From: Bugula neritina
Lineage: Eukaryota; Animalia; Bryozoa
Assembly (NCBI GenBank): GCA_964035545.1
Contig: OZ037766.1
Coordinates: 5,818,722-5,882,721, forward strand
Length of the DNA stretch: 64,000 nucleotides
Reading direction: 5' to 3'
Below are positions 12,481 to 24,700 of this stretch, piece by piece; the first letter of the stretch is position 1, and each line of letters starts with the position of its first letter. The notes under the pieces were generated by a model that was not told where the DNA came from, searched no databases, and worked only from the letters and a program-made list of their open reading frames with translations. Made by a program: the position numbers and the translations under genes.

Positions 12481-14735
12481 TTTGATTTAGGGATTAGTAT
12501 TTTATTTACCTGATCAACGTCTATTCAAATTGATAAAAGTTGTAAAAGTAGAACTAAATAACCGTGTTCATTAGTCAGTAACTCAACGCAACTTAGCAAG
12601 GGTCATTATTTTTGCAATTACTCATACTAGTGAATTTGGTAAACCTGAAAGTGAAAAGTACTACTACCAGCTACCTTCATAGTAATATCACTGCAATAAT
12701 GACAATAGTAATAATGATGATGAAAAGCAAAATAGTAAACACAACTCTGAAATACCAATTCTAAAGTATTTGGTGTATAATCTATGTGGTGTGTTTTTCA
12801 TTATTGCTGAATTAGGAAAAATCTGTACTTCGTGCTCATTCACATATTTTCTATTATCTCAACTACTGTTGAAAATTTGCTGTACAAAACTTGCCTTTTT
12901 TTACAATTAAAACACAATTTGTCCATGCTAATAATTATGTTAGTGACTACATTGTGAGATTGTTGCCTTCATTACATTTGTAAGCAGTTGTCAGTTCATA
13001 TAATTATAAGTGTTTTCTTTTGTATGTGCTGCTGATCTACAGTAAGTTACTCAACGCTGACTCTATAACATTGCTTGTGCTAATATTTTGTCTGCTGCAA
13101 AGGTATGTTTGCTAACTCACCCACATTCCTTACTCTGTTAAGCTGCATTTATAATTTTCTTTTTTCTGGTTGTCATGGCAACTAACAAGCTATTGGTGCA
13201 ATGTGATCAATATGCTGTTTTACCATAGACATAAAATTTGCTAATCAGTTGTTGCTTAATGTAAATTACAAGATGTTATCCTTGTATATTAATGTCTCCT
13301 TGATGAGTAAAATAGCAATTATAATTCAGTTTGAGTCACCCTATAAGCCTACAAATCACTCCAATGATTGTAAAGTTTACTACGTGGCTACAATTTTAGT
13401 GACTTAGTTTTGTAGTCATCACTGTGAGAAAAATGTTAGATTTCTCAACAAAACTTGGTATAATTTGGTGGTTGATTTTTTTAGTTCTTTACTGGATCCA
13501 TAATAATTTGTTTGCAGCTATGCTCTTGCTGTTTGACTATGGCTGCTACACGTTCATGTTGATAAATCTTGCCTGCTTAACTACCCTAGGATATTTTTCA
13601 GACTAAATACTATTAAGCATGCCAATAAAATTTATTCAACCACAGTTATGTAGCAAATGGGAAAGTTATTCTAGCCAAATGATATACCTTCACCTAGCTC
13701 TTCACCAAGTTGACACATACTTACCTATCAATCATAATTCCGTTGGAAAAAATTTAGGAATTTCAGGCACAATTTTAATTATAAAAATGTAAAGATTTAT
13801 GAATGAATTCGAAGTTCTGATACGTATGTGAGTCTATCACATAAATAACTTCACAGTCACTGGAAGCTATGGTACTCTTCATATTTAGACCATTGATTGT
13901 ACATATCTGTCTACGATAGTTGAATTCTTCATTGCTGGACAGTAGGCTACATGTGTATTGAAGGTGGGGGGGGGGGGGGAGATGAACTACTTTACCCTTT
14001 TATTGTAATACCAATCAGTTTGTATTCAGTTGTACTGTGTCATTTCAGCCCTATAAATGTTACTAAATTTGGTGCACTGTAAAATATAAAGTTTCTATCC
14101 CTTATTTATCCACTGTTGCAGTATTCAGCCTATTTTAATCTTCTGTTTTTAATTTTGATTTATCTTGAAAGCTTTAAGCTACTAGTCGAGAGTTTTTACT
14201 GGTAGGTTTGTCTTTACTCTATCCTGTGATGTGCTGCATTATACTTGATAGTCATTTGTTAAACAACACTGTACTACACGAACACAAGTCATGTAGAACC
14301 ATTCTAAGTAGAGTCCTATGTAGAAGGTTATCCAAACTAATATCTTGTCATAGTCGCTGCAGGCTGTATGATTCAATACCTAAGCATTTTATTCTAACAA
14401 TTGTAATACGAATCTGTACCAGCATTTCATTGTAAGAATATAGCCTATGTATTGAGTTATTCACAGTAATGAACTGTCACGGCTTGTGGCATGTTGCTGG
14501 TAGGTCTATTGATGTGCACACTGTAAACATTCTCTGAACATTATAACATAGGAAGTTGTCATCCCTGGGCATACTGGTCACTTTTGTTACTGTAGTTGTT
14601 TGCGGATTGTGGGTGTTTAAAGCTATTTGTGTATGTTGCATGTAAAAATCGCTTTAAACTAATTTGTGTTTACACTGAAATATAACATTCTATGTTAGTA
14701 TTTCCTCATATATATTATTTTCAGCCATGCATTAG

Positions 14736-14761
14736 GTGATGGAGAAGATAATATGCTGGTT
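14736..14761 (+). CDS. SEPTIN7: Candidate 26-nt SEPT7 microexon (GDGEDNMLV)
   Basis: tag|GT GAT GGA GAA GAT AAT ATG CTG GTT|gtgagg converts phase 1 to phase 0, as the upstream first exons require. A competing CAG acceptor lies at 14724. Confidence 0.4.
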
Positions 14762-16861
14762 GTGAGGTTTAAACCCTCACACCGTTTATCTCAGATTGTT
14801 TATTGTATGCTTGCTTCATTGCATGTCCTTTGACATGTAAACTTGAAAATATTGCTGTGACAGTTGCTGTGACAGTTGCTGTGACTTGGTCAGCATGTTT
14901 AGCAAATGCCTACTGGTAATAGTAGAAAACACTAGATTTATCATAAATAGTACAATTCAAAAATAGTTTGATTTCGCTTGCGCTGCAACAGCTGTGCATG
15001 CCAACAAGTTATGGCCTAATTTATTCCAAATGCATGTTTTGTTACATTGTTTCAGGCCGTGTGCCACTTTTTCAGTCCACTTTAATTTTGTTGTGCATAA
15101 AATCAGAGGAACCATCATTGATTAGTTTTGTGAAGTACTATGCTCACTGTAAACTTCACGTAAGATGCAGCTTCAGTGTAGTGACTAGATTTGTACCATC
15201 TGCAGATTTGGTCAAGCTGTGAACATTTTCCTAGTTTCTCTGTTGAATCTAACAAAAGTATGACGTGGTATTGCATTTGCATCTGTTCTGTTTTCCTCAA
15301 TCTCTGTCTGCTAGTTAAAGCCTTGGAAAAATCTTCAAATATTGAGAAACTGTTTTTAGCACCTGATTTGCCGGTGGAGTGGTGGAAAATTGAGTCTCTT
15401 CTAACTAGAAATGTAGCAAAAGAAGTTATGATCTCTTGAGCACTTTCTGATTTGAGTCTGAAACCTTCATTAATACTAGTAGCTGGTAACTTGTTGGATG
15501 GATGGCTAGATTTGTGCCTATTTTTAGTTATAATGTATTTTCCGGTAGCTGATATACAGCTAAGTAATGTCAGACAGATTAAACTAGATTATTATGTTGT
15601 CCCCAACTGTAGACTCCATGCTTGATGCATCTTCAGGGTATTAAATATATTTATATTTATATTTTGTATCCAAGCAAATAGTTGGCATATTTGTTGTTAG
15701 TTTGGAAGGTTTTTGGAGCAACTCAACTGTCTAAACTCAATTTCTGACATTCCTTTTCCAGCCATCTTGCTTTATAATGATTTATAGATTGGAACATTTC
15801 AGTGGAACACACAATCGCATTCAGAAATCAACATCTTGCTTGCCAAAATGTGTGTATTTAATAAGAATAAAAAACTTGTTTACAGCCAGTCTTGTAAAAA
15901 GATACTATGCTGGTCTTAGTGTAAGTGCATTATACCCAAATTGATCATGTGCTAAACCTCCCCATATAGACAGGTGTTAGCATGACAGTCATAGCTGATT
16001 ATGCAACTCTACAGTTGAAGTGTTGCATAATCAGAGGTGTATTAGGTTTTTTCTATTCAAAATATACCTGTTATTTTCAATGCCATGATTCACAGCTCTG
16101 CCAACATGTATATACTAAAGTTATCATTCAATCAGAATATCTACGTTTAACTGGGAGTTATCTGTTCACAACGTGCCACCTTGCAAAGGTGCTTAACCCG
16201 ATGCCATAATAGCATGTTCCTATAGAATCGCGCGATTGGAGGGATTATTATATCTCCTGCAAGTCGTTACATCAAAGCTGCACCTTGTGACAACAAATCT
16301 TGTAGAAGTTGTTGCAATTTTGAACTTGAATTTCAAAGGTTAATTGTTGCAATGCGTGTCACAGTAACAAGATAATGATGAAGAGACAGTTTCATGATGA
16401 GAATAAAAGATAGGCTTTATTATATTATAGAGATATAACATTTCCTGTAGGTCTTTGGAACTCTGCAAAACTCGTTTAATTATGACGAGGCTTATTATAT
16501 AGTAGAGTGGTTATAGTAGCGCCATAGTAGAAAGTGTTTACTGGAGATAAGCTGTGTATTTTGGGATGCTGTAACCACAGAGATTCAGTGATTGACTGAC
16601 AGGCTCTGGAGTGTCAATACTGAAAGCCGGAGCTCTGTTTATCTATCTATCTGTGCTGCTATCTGATGACCAGATTGGCTACAAAACCTCACCAGCACTC
16701 TTAGATGAGATACCTCCACGAGTTGCTGCTGGGAATTCATTCATTCATTGAGCCAGTAAAGTTTAGCTGCAGGCAAACTGTTAGATTCCGGCGTAGTTTC
16801 TACTATTTGGACTATAAACTACTGTTCTTGTGGAGTTGGTAAAAGTTGATTTGGTGAGAGC

Positions 16862-16960
16862 ATGAAGCGAGGACTTAGGGTGTCTACAAGTCTTGAAGAA
16901 AATGGCAGAAATATTGGGATCGGCAGCGGTATTGCTTTGAGTTCATCTTTTCGAGATAAA
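16862..16960 (+). CDS. SEPTIN7: Candidate alternative first coding exon of SEPT7 (MKRGLRVSTSLEENG...FRDK, phase 0)
   Basis: 33 codons from ATG to donor gtaggt, in phase with the shared exon at 21323; inverted CCAAT (ATTGG) near 16674. Confidence 0.55.
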
Positions 16961-18717
16961 GTAGGTGGGCTAATTCAACTATTGATACCGGTAATGATAC
17001 CTACAGTTATACACTAACTCACATATCAAAATGATTACTGTTGCCCTCTTTCATTCTTGTCTGTTTGATTGGGCAGCCTTTTACACTGAAACTATCAGTA
17101 TACGGACCACACTACAGGTGACTGCTCACCTACTCTGAAATTTAACCAAAAAAAAGCAATAAACTCACTGAAGAAATGGTTTTGATTTTTGGGATTAATG
17201 TTTAAGTTTTCAAACTATTGCAACAATTTGAGCGGTGGATTTTCTCTATTCAAGTAGATTGACGGGAAGTATGGAATGTTATGATTAATAGTCATTGAGT
17301 AAACTACCACAACCTCCTCTCCAATATTTTATATTTCTATTTTTCCTATATTCATCAAGCTTTATGTTTACCTGCTCAAGTTTGGTAACATTAAATGTAA
17401 TGCCCATTTCCTGTTTCCCAAAGCAAAGCAAGAGCTATAAGCTAAAAGCAGTACAAGTTGCTCATTATTTCGCTTTCTCTGATTGAATTTGCTCCGAACA
17501 TAAATACATTTCAAAATTGAAATTGAAAATTTGCTTGAACATTTTGAGCTTACAGGTATAGAGGAAATTTTAATGTCACTGAAAAGTGTGAAAGTGGAGT
17601 AATATTTTCAGGCAGGTTGCCTCACATCATTTCAAAGCGTTTGTAATCTTGTGGAAATGTCCTGTTGCCAAAATTAGTTGCCAAAGGTTGCTCAACCAGC
17701 ATTCCTACCGTAAATATAGCTGCAGGTATTAACTGAGAATATGCTAACATGCAGGCAGTGACAAGCTGCTATATCAACCCGCTAGTGTTCAGAGAGAGGA
17801 GAGGATCAAAGGCTGTTTTTACTCTGCTGCCAGAGAATCAGCTGGCAACTGCCGTTAACTTAGTGTTACAGCACTATAATAATGAGAACAGCACCTACAG
17901 TAGCTGCCCTATGGTATAATACAGACTACCTGTGGAAATAAAATTTAATAATCTTTTGGCCAGAGCTTGAATACTTGTAGAAAAAAAGTTTTAATAAAAG
18001 AATGTAGTCACATCTACGTAGTCGAACTTTGTGGAGTTTTATATATTCATACTTGATGAAAATATAGGCATTTTGAAGTTGTAGTTTATCTCATATTTCA
18101 AAGTAAAACCCAGTTACTATTGTGATTCGTTGTACTAAATTTCGACTTTTCAGTAACAAGTGTTCTTGGTTTTAGGATTAGTTATTTTTGGGGTTATCTG
18201 CCCCTGATAAAACTAAGCCTTATAGTAGCGGAACTAAATTTGGAGTTGCTCCACCTCTGTATATTGCATAGCTGCTTTGCTTTGCACTTATTCAATACAA
18301 ATGGAATAGAGATTTTTCTAAACATTTCCCCACTTATACTCCATAAAGCCACTGCTTTGTAGTGTTTAAATCGATTCTTGATCACTCTTAATGAAGGATA
18401 CAATAATATGGGTTTATATGCTAAGTAAAAGGAGTTGTTTCCTTTTTGTTTGGTGGGCGGAGCCTATTGAACCGTCTGAAAGAGAATAATTATGTGGGTC
18501 AAGTGAGATTGTTGATATATCAATCATCAATAATATTGCCTGTCGACTAGCATTCCTCGTACGCACATACTTGAAACAACGGTTCCATCGCTCGACTCAT
18601 TGTAGATTATATTGTTTTATTGCTAGCAATTACTTATCTCCTTCAACTCATTGTGTTTTCAAGTTGTTCATACTTTCTGAATTATAATCGTGAAGTGAGG
18701 TCTGTTTTTGCCAAAAC

Positions 18718-21700
18718 ATGGCTAGCGCAAGTAAGCGATTAAACGAGAAATTAGCAAAGTATAACCACATCTATGACGAAGAAGATCAGAGTAAAGAGCA
18801 GCCAGAAGATAAACCCACATCGAATGGAGATGCTGAACCAACGGAGCCAGCTGCCTCTAGTAACTCAAATGAAAACAACAATGTAAATGAACCAGAGAGG
18901 GTACCGGTTAAAAAAATAATGGAAAATGTAAGTGTGCGTGTAAATGGCAGTGCATCGGGTGAAGAAAGCATGCATAAAGGTTCTAATGGCGTTGGTGACG
19001 GTGTGGTAACAAAATCTAGTAACCCCGCAAACCGTGCTGCCATGTCTGATCATGTAAGTTTTGCTACTTCCAAATACATAAGTTTTTAGGTTTTTTCTCT
19101 TTGTTGGTTTCCCTTTTCTGTTCAGTGCTGCTGGTGGTGTTGTGGTGTGGGTTGGCTCCGTCTTGTCTTTTGCTCTGTCTGACTGTAAACTTTGTCTCAG
19201 GATGAATATATTCTGTCTGAAAACATTCTGCATTGATTTGGGATATACTGTAGGTAGTTCAGTAACAAGTTATCTAGTATGTTGCTGTATACATCTAACA
19301 AAGTTTTACTGTACATAGTACAGCATAGAGCAATGCAAAGTAGGCCACCTATTGCTCGAGTATTTAATACTTTAATATACCAGGTTTTAGCAGCGTTGGA
19401 AAATTTCACGTTCTGAATTTTTCAAGACTGAGTTTCTAGTTTTCTGATACAGAAATCATAGTTCCCAGTCCGTTAACTCTTACCTTAATTGCAGTTTGGA
19501 ACAAATCTCATTTTTCAAATGAATACATTCAGATGGGTGAGACTAGATGGAGCATTATGGATTTATTAAACATAACTTGCAGTTGGTTCTATTCCATTAG
19601 CAAAGGTTGCTATTGCAGCTGCACACTGACAGTATACTTACTGCAAGCTACTGTATCTACCAAATTAACCTTTCTATACATGTTACTCAGTTAGCCAAGG
19701 TTTGGGTTTGAGTGAAAAATAAAAGAAATGACTGCCAAATCAATACTATAGTAGAACTCATTAATATTTATCAGTTTTGATTTCAAAGCTGTTTGCTGAC
19801 ACCATCAGATTTCCTGTCTATTAGATTTATGTGTTGTAACTTTTCCATGAGGGTTATCTAGAGATGTTTAGTTATAGTTGGAGGGGTGAATAATTCTCCT
19901 GGCACTCAAATCATCACTCAAAACAGCTGCCTTTTCTTATCATAGGGTTTATTTTTAAGTTTATTGGCAGTAACTCAATAATTTGCTCATTATAATGGGT
20001 ACCTATCAATCAACTTATTTCCACAAACTTTTACACGAAGGAGTATGGAAAGCCCCTTAGTTTTTGAGAGCTTGTTTATTCTAGTTGTACTCAAAACAGC
20101 AATCTAACATACAAGTTTCCTAGATAGACTGGCATTTTAGTACAACAACTAAATTACTCACAAATTGTGTAATTGATTATTTGAATAGGCTGTTTAATCA
20201 CTTTGTTGCCATAGTAACACCCAAATAGACATCGTGATTTTATGAAAGAATGCCTAATCAGGTTGACACTTCAAAACTCAACAATATGGTAATAAATAAT
20301 TGAACCTTTGTAGAAAGTCAGGCTACAGTAAGTTTTATGCAAATATTAGAAAACTCCAGAATTGTACCTGGCAAAAGCAATCTTCTATTGAATTGCTTGG
20401 AGCATTCAGCATTTACTAGCAACCAGCAATTTCTTCTACTAATTGAACTACTCCTGCACTATACCAGAGCTTCCTAACAGCTAGCCCAGCAGATAACATT
20501 TTTTTAACAGCTACGCTAAGCTTGATTAACACGCAGGGGCTCCTTAGTGGTCACATCCAAATTGAATTAATTAGTTGGATTGCCATTAATTATCCAATTG
20601 ACATTTCACTTCTCTTTCCAGATACTGTACATTTAGGCCTTATTTACACTATGCTACTCATTTCTCACTAGCATTGGTGTTGACTTACTATTTCATTTGA
20701 TTCTACCCATTCAGAAAAAAACTTGACAGAAATTTAAAGCTCAATTTCTCACTGGAGAGCCTGTCTTGTTCACAGAGTAATTAGTGTTGGTGTTTTGCTT
20801 CGCTAGTTTGAGTTGTTAGGATTTTGTGTAAAATACCACAGCAGCGCAACCAGTGTTGTTATTACCAGGTGACAGTTCAGTAATATTTTGGGGCAAGTAA
20901 ATGATATGTAATGAATTTCTCACCCTTCACTTCTCACTATCATAACATATGTGTTGCCTATACAAACACTCTGTGGTTGGTGAAGACCCTCCCAGCTGCC
21001 TAATCAGATAGGACTAGATTAACCTTGCTGCCGCAGTGAGTAGAGCCACATCTCAGTAAGAGTACTGCTAGTAGTTGTATAGCAGTGAAGTTCTGCTCCA
21101 TGATGACAGGTTCTGTCAGTTGTTTGGAGAGATGCCATTTCCGTCACACGTATGATCTGATTCATCTAAAGTCTAAACCAACGCAGATATTCAGATTCAT
21201 GAGTGTTTTAAAATCCCTTTTGAAAATATCTAACTTCCTGTTGCATAACTCATTCCGTTTCAGCAACTCTTGGAATTGCATGGTTGGCTGGAAATAAGAC
21301 TGACTGTGGGTTTATAATGTAGATAAACAAGAGAGAAGCTTTTCTGAAAGGTGGAGACGCACCAGCTGGCAAGTTTGAAGCTCCATCTACAAAATTTGAC
21401 ATCTCTCTCAGAGAGCGAGATGGAAAAGCAGAGAAAATAGAGAAGCCAGCCTCGTTTCTACACAAACCTGCAGCAGGTGCAGCTGGCTCAGGTGATGGAG
21501 GTCACAAGCCTGTGTCCCGCTCAGATTCCTCCAAGTCCCTGGCTGGGTATGTCGGCTTTGCTAACCTCCCCAACCAAGTCTACAGAAAATCGGTGAAAAG
21601 AGGCTTTGAATTCACTCTGATGTTTGCAGGCAAGTCTTTTACTTCTCTATCACCCACAGCTGTGTGCCCAGAGCAGTAACACCAATGACCTCTAAACTGT

Positions 21701-24700
21701 TGCACCTTCAAAATGACTTATAATCACTGGTAACTAATACTTAACTCTGACTTTGTGACTCTAAGCTGCTTCAACTCTACGGAAAAGCTATAAATTATCA
21801 CTTAATGTGGACATAATGCATTTTTTATTAAGTTAAGACAAATCTTTGTCTAAGAAAGTTGCAACCTTGGCTAATTTTTAGAGCCGAGAATAAATATGAT
21901 TGATGTTTGTCACAGAAAAGCTGTAGTCTGCAAAGACAACTAGGTTGTTTTCTAAGTTAATCTCACATCTCCCTTTGCCTGCACCACGTAGTCACTGGCC
22001 TATCTTTTTGTAAAATAATTGGAATACTTTCAGTACAACTCCAAACTCTGCCGCTCTTTCTCTTAATCTCCTATTTAACAGTCATTGCTCTTTCCAGCCC
22101 ACCTCTTTCTAACTCGCCTCTTTTAAGCTCAGCTCTTTCTAGCTCAGCTCCCTCTGGCACAACTTTTTCTGGCATAAATGCTAGCACTTCAGTTTGAAAT
22201 TCACATCTAGCCATCTTGGGGTGTTACCAAAAAGTTGTCTTGGTTAAGAAAATGTGAGAGTGTAAGATTATGTAGTCTACTCCTATCTAGCTATAACTCT
22301 CTGTATAACATTAACTCATGTGAGAAATTGTCTTCTCTGTTCTTTCCAATATTCTTTTTATATTTAGAAGTGGATTTGTAGATCAGAGAATCTCAATAAC
22401 TCGTTTTAAAGAATAAATAGAAATGGGAACATTGAGTGCCTTTCAGTACTTATCAGGATTTCTACTACCCTCTGTATTCCAAAGGTCATCCTTTCTACTC
22501 GCACAGGATGAAGCTATAAAGACAGCCTGTTGCCTGGTCCTCCAAGACCACACCATTACCTAATGAATGCACTTACTTATTCTATCAACAAATTAGCACT
22601 CAATTTCATTCCTTTTCATCCTATTCAATCGGCTGCTTTCATCAAACTCACTTGAAGAGTGAATGTGTCCATTCATTCACACTTTCCGATATTAAACTCA
22701 TTCATGGAGCTTGTACTACACATTGTCAGCCTCTGTTACTATTATTAATCACAGTGTTTACTTGCAACAATTTGTGAGAAGGTTGTTGTGTTTTAATCTC
22801 CCTCAGCAAGCTTTGAGCATCCATATATTTCTCCCCAGCCCCTTGAATGTAGAAGTTCAATCAGCTTTGTGGCTTTCTTTAAATAAATTATAATGCAGTT
22901 TTCTATTGCAAAGTTCACCCTAGTCCTGTGACACACTTCGTGTACTGAAATAGTAAAAACTTCTCATATCACTCATAGTTCTGATAGAGGAAGTATGTGA
23001 GAGATGGCTGGTCACACCCTGGTAATGGGATTAGCGTACCATTAATTTCATGATATTATGCTTGTAGCACTTCATGTTAACATTCTACAAGTATTTCCTC
23101 TGAATGGTGACAGCGTACTACAAATACACCTGCCAGCATGTGCAGTGCTTGTAGCACACACAAAATTTATAAAGAAAACTAAAGAACTTAGGCTATAGAT
23201 ACACTTCTACTCCCACCTAGGGTGTAGGTGGAATGAAATGTCATATAACCCAGTCAACCAGAGTAAATGGTGTACACATTTCATTCAGTTTTCATTCCAA
23301 TTCATTTGTGAGATAATTATAATTGACAACTTTCAACAGAAGAGCTTGTCTTTTAGACACATCAAAATCACTATTGCCTTTTCTCACTATATGCAGACCA
23401 TTACTATACATCCTGTAATCAAGTGTGGTGTGGTACTTGTAAATTAGACTGAGTGTGTTTGATTGCAGGTGAATCTGGACTCGGTAAATCTACGATGATA
23501 AACTCTCTCTTCCTCTCTGAGCTCTACAATGACCAGCACCCTGGGCCTTCTCATAGGGCACGGAAAACAGTACATGTGAGTATGACAGAAATATATTGTA
23601 TTTATATTATATTATAGCAGTATATTTGATCTTTGTATTATAGTATTGTATTATATTATAACTGTATGTTATATCTTGTATTATATTATACCAGTTTATT
23701 ATATATTATTATATGATAGCAGTATATTATATTATGTTATAGAAGCATATAATACTTTACCTGGAGAATCAGTATAATTATTCTGGCATCTACTTGCCAG
23801 TATCTGAAATCTAAATATCCTCATCTGTTTAGTTTATTCAGTCTGCCACAATAGCATCAAAGTTCAAGTTTTCAGTTCTCTGAACACAACGACAGTGCAG
23901 CAGTTGCTGGATCTACCAACTCTCTCACCTCCAGTCTTGTTTAGATTGTGTTGGTAGTTGGTGGATCTGCCAGCAACTTTGACCTCTTCAGATGTGTTGA
24001 TGAACTGTACTTTTAGCTCTCTATCAGCTCCATGTCCTTGCAAGCAATGTTACTTTTGTAAATTCTACTTTTTCTATCTCTCCATTACTAGTAAAATTTG
24101 CTTCATTTCTAATGTTGTGAGATGCATCTTCAAAGTATGTCTAGTAAGATTGAAAACATGTTCAATCAAATACATTGATGGTGTTTTTTTTCATTCTTAG
24201 CATGTTTTTTCCGACATACTACAGTCCTTCTACTGGAACTGTATCTTTGTTGCTTTTTTCTCCTGTAGGCCACAGTCTACTGACACTCTATGTATGTTAG
24301 GTTTATGTTGTATTGCTGTGATAGTACTTCAGTTTAGAGTATATCTTATGTAGATAAATTCTTCCCAAGTGTTGCTAAAAGAAGGTGGTGTGCAGCTGAA
24401 GCTCACTGTGGTTGACACGCCAGGATTTGGAGATGAAGTGAACAACACAAACTGGTGAGATTTTTAACCTGTAAATTTTGCAGAGTCCTAACCCTTATCA
24501 AGGTTGTGGCCCATCAATTGTTTCAAGTTGAAAACAAAAACAGAATTGAACACTAATCCTACAAGACCTTGGTAGCCTTCTGTGGTGGTATATACAGTTT
24601 CAATTTTCAACTTTTAGTAAATGACTGCATGTATAAAATTTAAAGTAATTCAGATTTGTCTGAAGGTACCTGCAGGTTTTTGAACAAGTTGTAGCATTCA

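Noticed and set aside
13075-13110. AG|GTATGT as a recursive splice site or microexon in SEPT7
   Set aside because: AAG acceptor is poor, the intron is short for recursive splicing, and no open exon could be built.
13966-13979. G14 homopolymer
   Set aside because: Isolated intronic run with no supporting context.
18786-19233. Antisense ORFs over the SEPT7 first exon
   Set aside because: Shadow ORFs of the coding strand.
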